From a virus: DNA of 64,000 nt. The translations under genes and the position numbers were made by a program. The stretch spans positions 32,001 to 96,000 of the IMG/VR virus record IMGVR_UViG_3300037502_002145, one strand, 5' to 3'. The notes beneath the pieces were generated by a model that did no database searches, had not been told where the DNA came from, and saw only the letters and a program-made list of their open reading frames with translations. Positions 60,443 to 64,000 of this stretch are shown piece after piece; position 1 is the first letter of the stretch; the number at the start of each line of letters is the position of its first letter.

Positions 60443-61474
60443 GTGACTTCCAAGGACAAAGTAAAGGAAATTCTATTATCAGACAGAAATAATATTGTTT
60501 ATATACTTGAGGAATTGGGATGTCACAAAATAAATCCTAATTTTTCAAGGTATGAAATAAGGTGCGCTTTACCAGATGGAGAAACAAGCACTAGTGTTTC
60601 AATAAAACTTGAAAGTTATATTCCTTGTCATGTGTTTTCTCGTGGTGGTTGGGATAATTATGAAACAAAAGATTTTATAACACTGGTTCAATTCATTAAA
60701 GGAATAAATTTTTACGAGAGCTTAAAGTGGTTGTGCTTAAAATTGCGTGTTGATTATGAAGAAGAAACATACACAGAAACGTTAGACATTGTACATGAGT
60801 TAAGGAGATTAAAAAGAAAAGAGAATTATAAGAGTGATATCATTCATCATCCTAAACTAGATAAGACAATATTAAAACAGTATAAACCATGCATAGTTAA
60901 AAAGTGGGTATTAGAAGGTATATCAGAAGAAATACAGCGAAAATACGGGATAAGAAATGATGAAAGAGGTATGCGCTGGATTATACCTATTTATGATGAA
61001 AATAATAACTTGATAAGTGTAAAAGCTAGGACTTATGCTCCTAATTGGGAAGAGATGGGTATAACGAAATACATATATTACTATAAACTTAACGGGAATG
61101 ACATTCTGTTTGGATTAAATTTTAACAAGCTATCAATAAAGCAACACGACGAAATTATCTTATTCGAGGCAGAAAAATCTGTTATGGCTGCGGATTCATA
61201 CGGATACGACTGGTGTGGATCAGTAGGAACTAACGGTATAAATAAACATTTATTGAAGAAGATATTGTCATTAAAGTGCTCAAATTGCGTAATAGCATTT
61301 GACAAAGACGTGAAGTATCAAGAATCCTTAAAAGAGGCTAGAAAACTAAGCAAATACATGAACGTATACATAGTTATTGATAATGAAGATTTATTAAAAG
61401 AAAAACAATCTCCTGTAGATGTAGGAAAAGAAATCTGGGAACAACTGTACAGAAATCGGATTAGAGTGAGGTGA
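60443..61474 (+). CDS. dnaG: DNA primase (Toprim)
   Basis: IIPIYD, KAR, LFGL, LFEAEKS, AFDKD. Confidence 0.8.
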   Translation: MTSKDKVKEILLSDRNNIVYILEELGCHKINPNFSRYEIRCALPDGETSTSVSIKLESYIPCHVFSRGGWDNYETKDFITLVQFIKGINFYESLKWLCLKLRVDYEEETYTETLDIVHELRRLKRKENYKSDIIHHPKLDKTILKQYKPCIVKKWVLEGISEEIQRKYGIRNDERGMRWIIPIYDENNNLISVKARTYAPNWEEMGITKYIYYYKLNGNDILFGLNFNKLSIKQHDEIILFEAEKSVMAADSYGYDWCGSVGTNGINKHLLKKILSLKCSNCVIAFDKDVKYQESLKEARKLSKYMNVYIVIDNEDLLKEKQSPVDVGKEIWEQLYRNRIRVR

Positions 61475-61478
61475 AAAT

Positions 61479-62258
61479 TTGAGTTATAAAAAACTATTAG
61501 ATGGAATGACATGGAGTTTTTCTCGATTGCATTTGTATGAAACATGTCCTTATGCTTTTTATAAAAAATACATAGAAGAAGAAGAGGGAGAAACAAACTT
61601 TTTTGCAGAGAATGGAGCGATAATGCATCAGATTATTGAGAAAATCTTAAAATGTGAATTATCTATAGAAGACGCTCCTGCTTATTATATTGATGAATAT
61701 GAAAATATATATTCAAAAACAAAAGAGTCAACAATGGAAAATATTTTTAACAAGTGTTTAGATTACTTATGCACATTAGATGAGTTAGATAAGGATAAAT
61801 ATGAAATTGTGTGGGTTGAGGGTAAAGTTAATTTTAAAATAGGTAAGTATAATTTTAGAGGTTATCCTGACTTGATTTTAAGAGATAAAAATACTGACGA
61901 CCTTTTGCTCATTGATCACAAATCTGTTGACTATTTCTTTAAAAAAGACGGTAAGAGTGTTTTAAAAAATCAAATTGAAGGGTTTAATGCTTATAGCCAT
62001 CAAATGTATTTGTATTGTAAATGGATAAAAGAACATTTTGGGAAATTCCCTACGAAGATAATTTGGAATCATTTTAAAGATAATGGTAAATTTTCTATTA
62101 TCGAATTCAACCTACAAGACTATGAGAAGACTTTAGAGTGGGCGGTTGAAGTTATCAATAAAATCTACAAAGACAAAATATTTAAAGAGAAAAAGAGTTA
62201 TATGCAAGATTATGTGCTATGTGATTATAGGTACTCATGTGAATATAAAGATGATTAG
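61479..62258 (+). CDS. PD-(D/E)xK (RecB/AddB-like) exonuclease
   Basis: WSFSRL..CP, G..MH, GYPDL, IDHKS, QMYLY, CDYR..C. Confidence 0.75.
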   Translation: MSYKKLLDGMTWSFSRLHLYETCPYAFYKKYIEEEEGETNFFAENGAIMHQIIEKILKCELSIEDAPAYYIDEYENIYSKTKESTMENIFNKCLDYLCTLDELDKDKYEIVWVEGKVNFKIGKYNFRGYPDLILRDKNTDDLLLIDHKSVDYFFKKDGKSVLKNQIEGFNAYSHQMYLYCKWIKEHFGKFPTKIIWNHFKDNGKFSIIEFNLQDYEKTLEWAVEVINKIYKDKIFKEKKSYMQDYVLCDYRYSCEYKDD

Positions 62259-62269
62259 GAGGTGATAAA

Positions 62270-64000
62270 GTGTCGGAGTTATTGAACATTGTAAATAAAG
62301 TAAAAGAAAGATTGAGTTTTCAGTTTTCATATGATACAAGTAAATGGATAAATGAAATGAATATGATGATAGAAAATTATCATAAACACACAACTTGGTC
62401 TGACTTAGTTCAGATGGATTCAGCTACAGATATAAATGAATTTATTAGTTTGTCTGATTCATATGGGTGTCAATGTTATTTTTCTGGCGAACATGGATTT
62501 CAAGGTGAGTGGCTATATGTGTACGACATTTGTAAAAACACTCAAGATGATAAATATAGAACTAAAAATAAACTATCCAAACCAATTAAATTCAGGTATT
62601 CAACTGAAGCGTATTGGGTTAAAGATATTAATGAAAAAGATAATACAAATTGTCATATTGTAATAGTTGCCAGAACATATCAGGCAATGAGAAAACTTAA
62701 TTATTTAATATCAATAGCTCATACAGATGGGTTTTATTATAAGCCAAGACTAGATTTAAACCTACTATTTCAATTAAGTAAAGAAGAGGTTTATATAACT
62801 TCTTCTTGCATTGCTGGGTGGAAATATGATGACGCACAAGAAATATGGTTGAGGTTTTTTGAACACTTTGGAGATAGCTTCTTTTTAGAATATCAAGCAA
62901 ATAATACCGATAAACAAAAAAAGATAAATAGGTTGATATATCAATTATCTAAGAAACATGGTATTCAAACAATTATTGGTTTAGATACTCATTATATTAA
63001 TGAAGAAGATAGAATAAAGAGAGATAATTTATTAAAAAGAAAAAGCCTATCATATCCAGAAGAAGACGGTTGGTATATGGATTTTCCCAATGGCAAAGAA
63101 GTACATAAAAGAATGATAGAGCAAGGGGTATTACCAACAGAAGAAATAATTTATGCTATGATGAATACGCATGTTTTTATTGATGGTTGTGATGATGTAA
63201 AAATAAATACAGACTTTAAAATACCAATACTTAAAGAATACCAAAATCACACGTACAAAGAAAGATCTAATATATTATTGGATTTACTTAAGAAAAAATA
63301 CAATGAAGAAGAGTGTCAGACAAAAGATAGAGAAGATGGAATGTATTATGAATATGGAGAAGTTGATGGAAGTCATACTGTAGATTACTTTTTAGATAAC
63401 TACGCTTTAGTTAATCTTGCAAATACAAAATATGGCGGTCAATTAACTCCTACATCCAGAGGTAGTGCAAGTTCTTATTATTCTAGTAAGTTATTAGGTT
63501 TTACCACTATGGATAGATTTGAATCCGAAGTACCGATTTATCCTGAAAGATTCATTACCAAAGAGAGAATTTTATCATCTCATCAAATGCCAGATATAGA
63601 TTTTAACGTTAGCAATCAAGAACCATATGTACTAGCAGCTAAAGAGTTATTTGGTGAGCATGGGTGCTATCCTTTGTTGGCAACAGGAAAATTAGGAGAA
63701 AAGTCAGGATTTAAGTTGTACGCCGATATAAGGGGAATTGAACCTAGTATTGCGAATGAGATTTCTAAATGTATTGATCAATATAACGAAGCGTTAAAAC
63801 AAGTCGATGATGAAGAAGATAAAAAAGATATTCACATTGAGGACTACATAACATCTCCGAAGCATTTAAAAATATTCAACGACAGTAAATCATATCAAGG
63901 CATTATAGAGCAAGCAAAGGTTCATGCGTGTGGTTTCTTTTTATTCAACGGTAATATTAACGAAAAAGATGTTGTGGGATATGGAGATATTCGATATGAA
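62270..64000 (+). CDS. dnaE: DNA polymerase III alpha subunit (DnaE type), truncated by the window end
   Basis: AGGAGGTG RBS plus GTG; PHP motifs ENYHKHTTWS, GEHG and DTHY; RGSASS; MPDIDF; HACG. Confidence 0.9.
   Translation, partial: MSELLNIVNKVKERLSFQFSYDTSKWINEMNMMIENYHKHTTWSDLVQMDSATDINEFISLSDSYGCQCYFSGEHGFQGEWLYVYDICKNTQDDKYRTKNKLSKPIKFRYSTEAYWVKDINEKDNTNCHIVIVARTYQAMRKLNYLISIAHTDGFYYKPRLDLNLLFQLSKEEVYITSSCIAGWKYDDAQEIWLRFFEHFGDSFFLEYQANNTDKQKKINRLIYQLSKKHGIQTIIGLDTHYINEEDRIKRDNLLKRKSLSYPEEDGWYMDFPNGKEVHKRMIEQGVLPTEEIIYAMMNTHVFIDGCDDVKINTDFKIPILKEYQNHTYKERSNILLDLLKKKYNEEECQTKDREDGMYYEYGEVDGSHTVDYFLDNYALVNLANTKYGGQLTPTSRGSASSYYSSKLLGFTTMDRFESEVPIYPERFITKERILSSHQMPDIDFNVSNQEPYVLAAKELFGEHGCYPLLATGKLGEKSGFKLYADIRGIEPSIANEISKCIDQYNEALKQVDDEEDKKDIHIEDYITSPKHLKIFNDSKSYQGIIEQAKVHACGFFLFNGNINEKDVVGYGDIRYE

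Noticed and set aside
61479-62258. Cas4 adaptation gene for the Cas12f system
   Set aside because: It lies 8 kb away inside the replication operon, where such exonucleases are routine, and there is no cas1/cas2.
1958-62900. Numerous short antisense or overlapping ORFs in the track (e.g. 4054, 15247, 34648, 47206, 51588, 62436)
   Set aside because: They are shadow frames of real genes or span the CRISPR array, and have no RBS or motifs.

Overview
This 64 kb, very AT-rich window comes from a large SPbeta/c-st-like temperate phage or phage-plasmid of a Clostridia host. The SSB C-terminus (DGFMNIP..DEELPF) suggests Lachnospiraceae. No host chromosomal DNA is evident. The left arm (1-21.9 kb, minus strand) holds the neck, capsid, protease, portal and terminase genes, an antirepressor, a metallophosphoesterase, an HNH endonuclease, PIN-PhoH, tRNA-Ser(UGA), a YonO-like single-subunit RNA polymerase and a helicase-like gene. 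The centre (22.3-28.5 kb) carries a ParM/ParR-FtsK-Replic_Relax-NERD module and a 2.2 kb non-coding region with 87-bp repeats, a G/T-to-A/C skew flip, a palindrome and 7 DnaA boxes. The right arm (plus strand) has a long accessory region (DUF4942 methyltransferase, tyrosine recombinase, MazF plus YopQ/YopR-like repression genes, two solo TnpBs, and a compact tracrRNA-CRISPR-Cas12f locus) followed by Sak3, SSB, DnaB, primase, exonuclease and DnaE. The most notable observations are: (1) about 29 copies of an ATAAAA-N6-TTTTAT palindrome at gene junctions, 27 of them in the accessory arm, suggesting an integron-like gene-cassette system; (2) a phage-encoded Cas12f system with intact catalytic residues, a 3-spacer array and an anti-repeat; (3) a transcription-oriented operator network (WAATATAAAACW, 20 or more copies); (4) two tRNA-like mini-elements; (5) at least six genes with ATT/ATC/ATA/ACG starts. 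All calls are made by eye from motifs and recalled family features; no searches were run.
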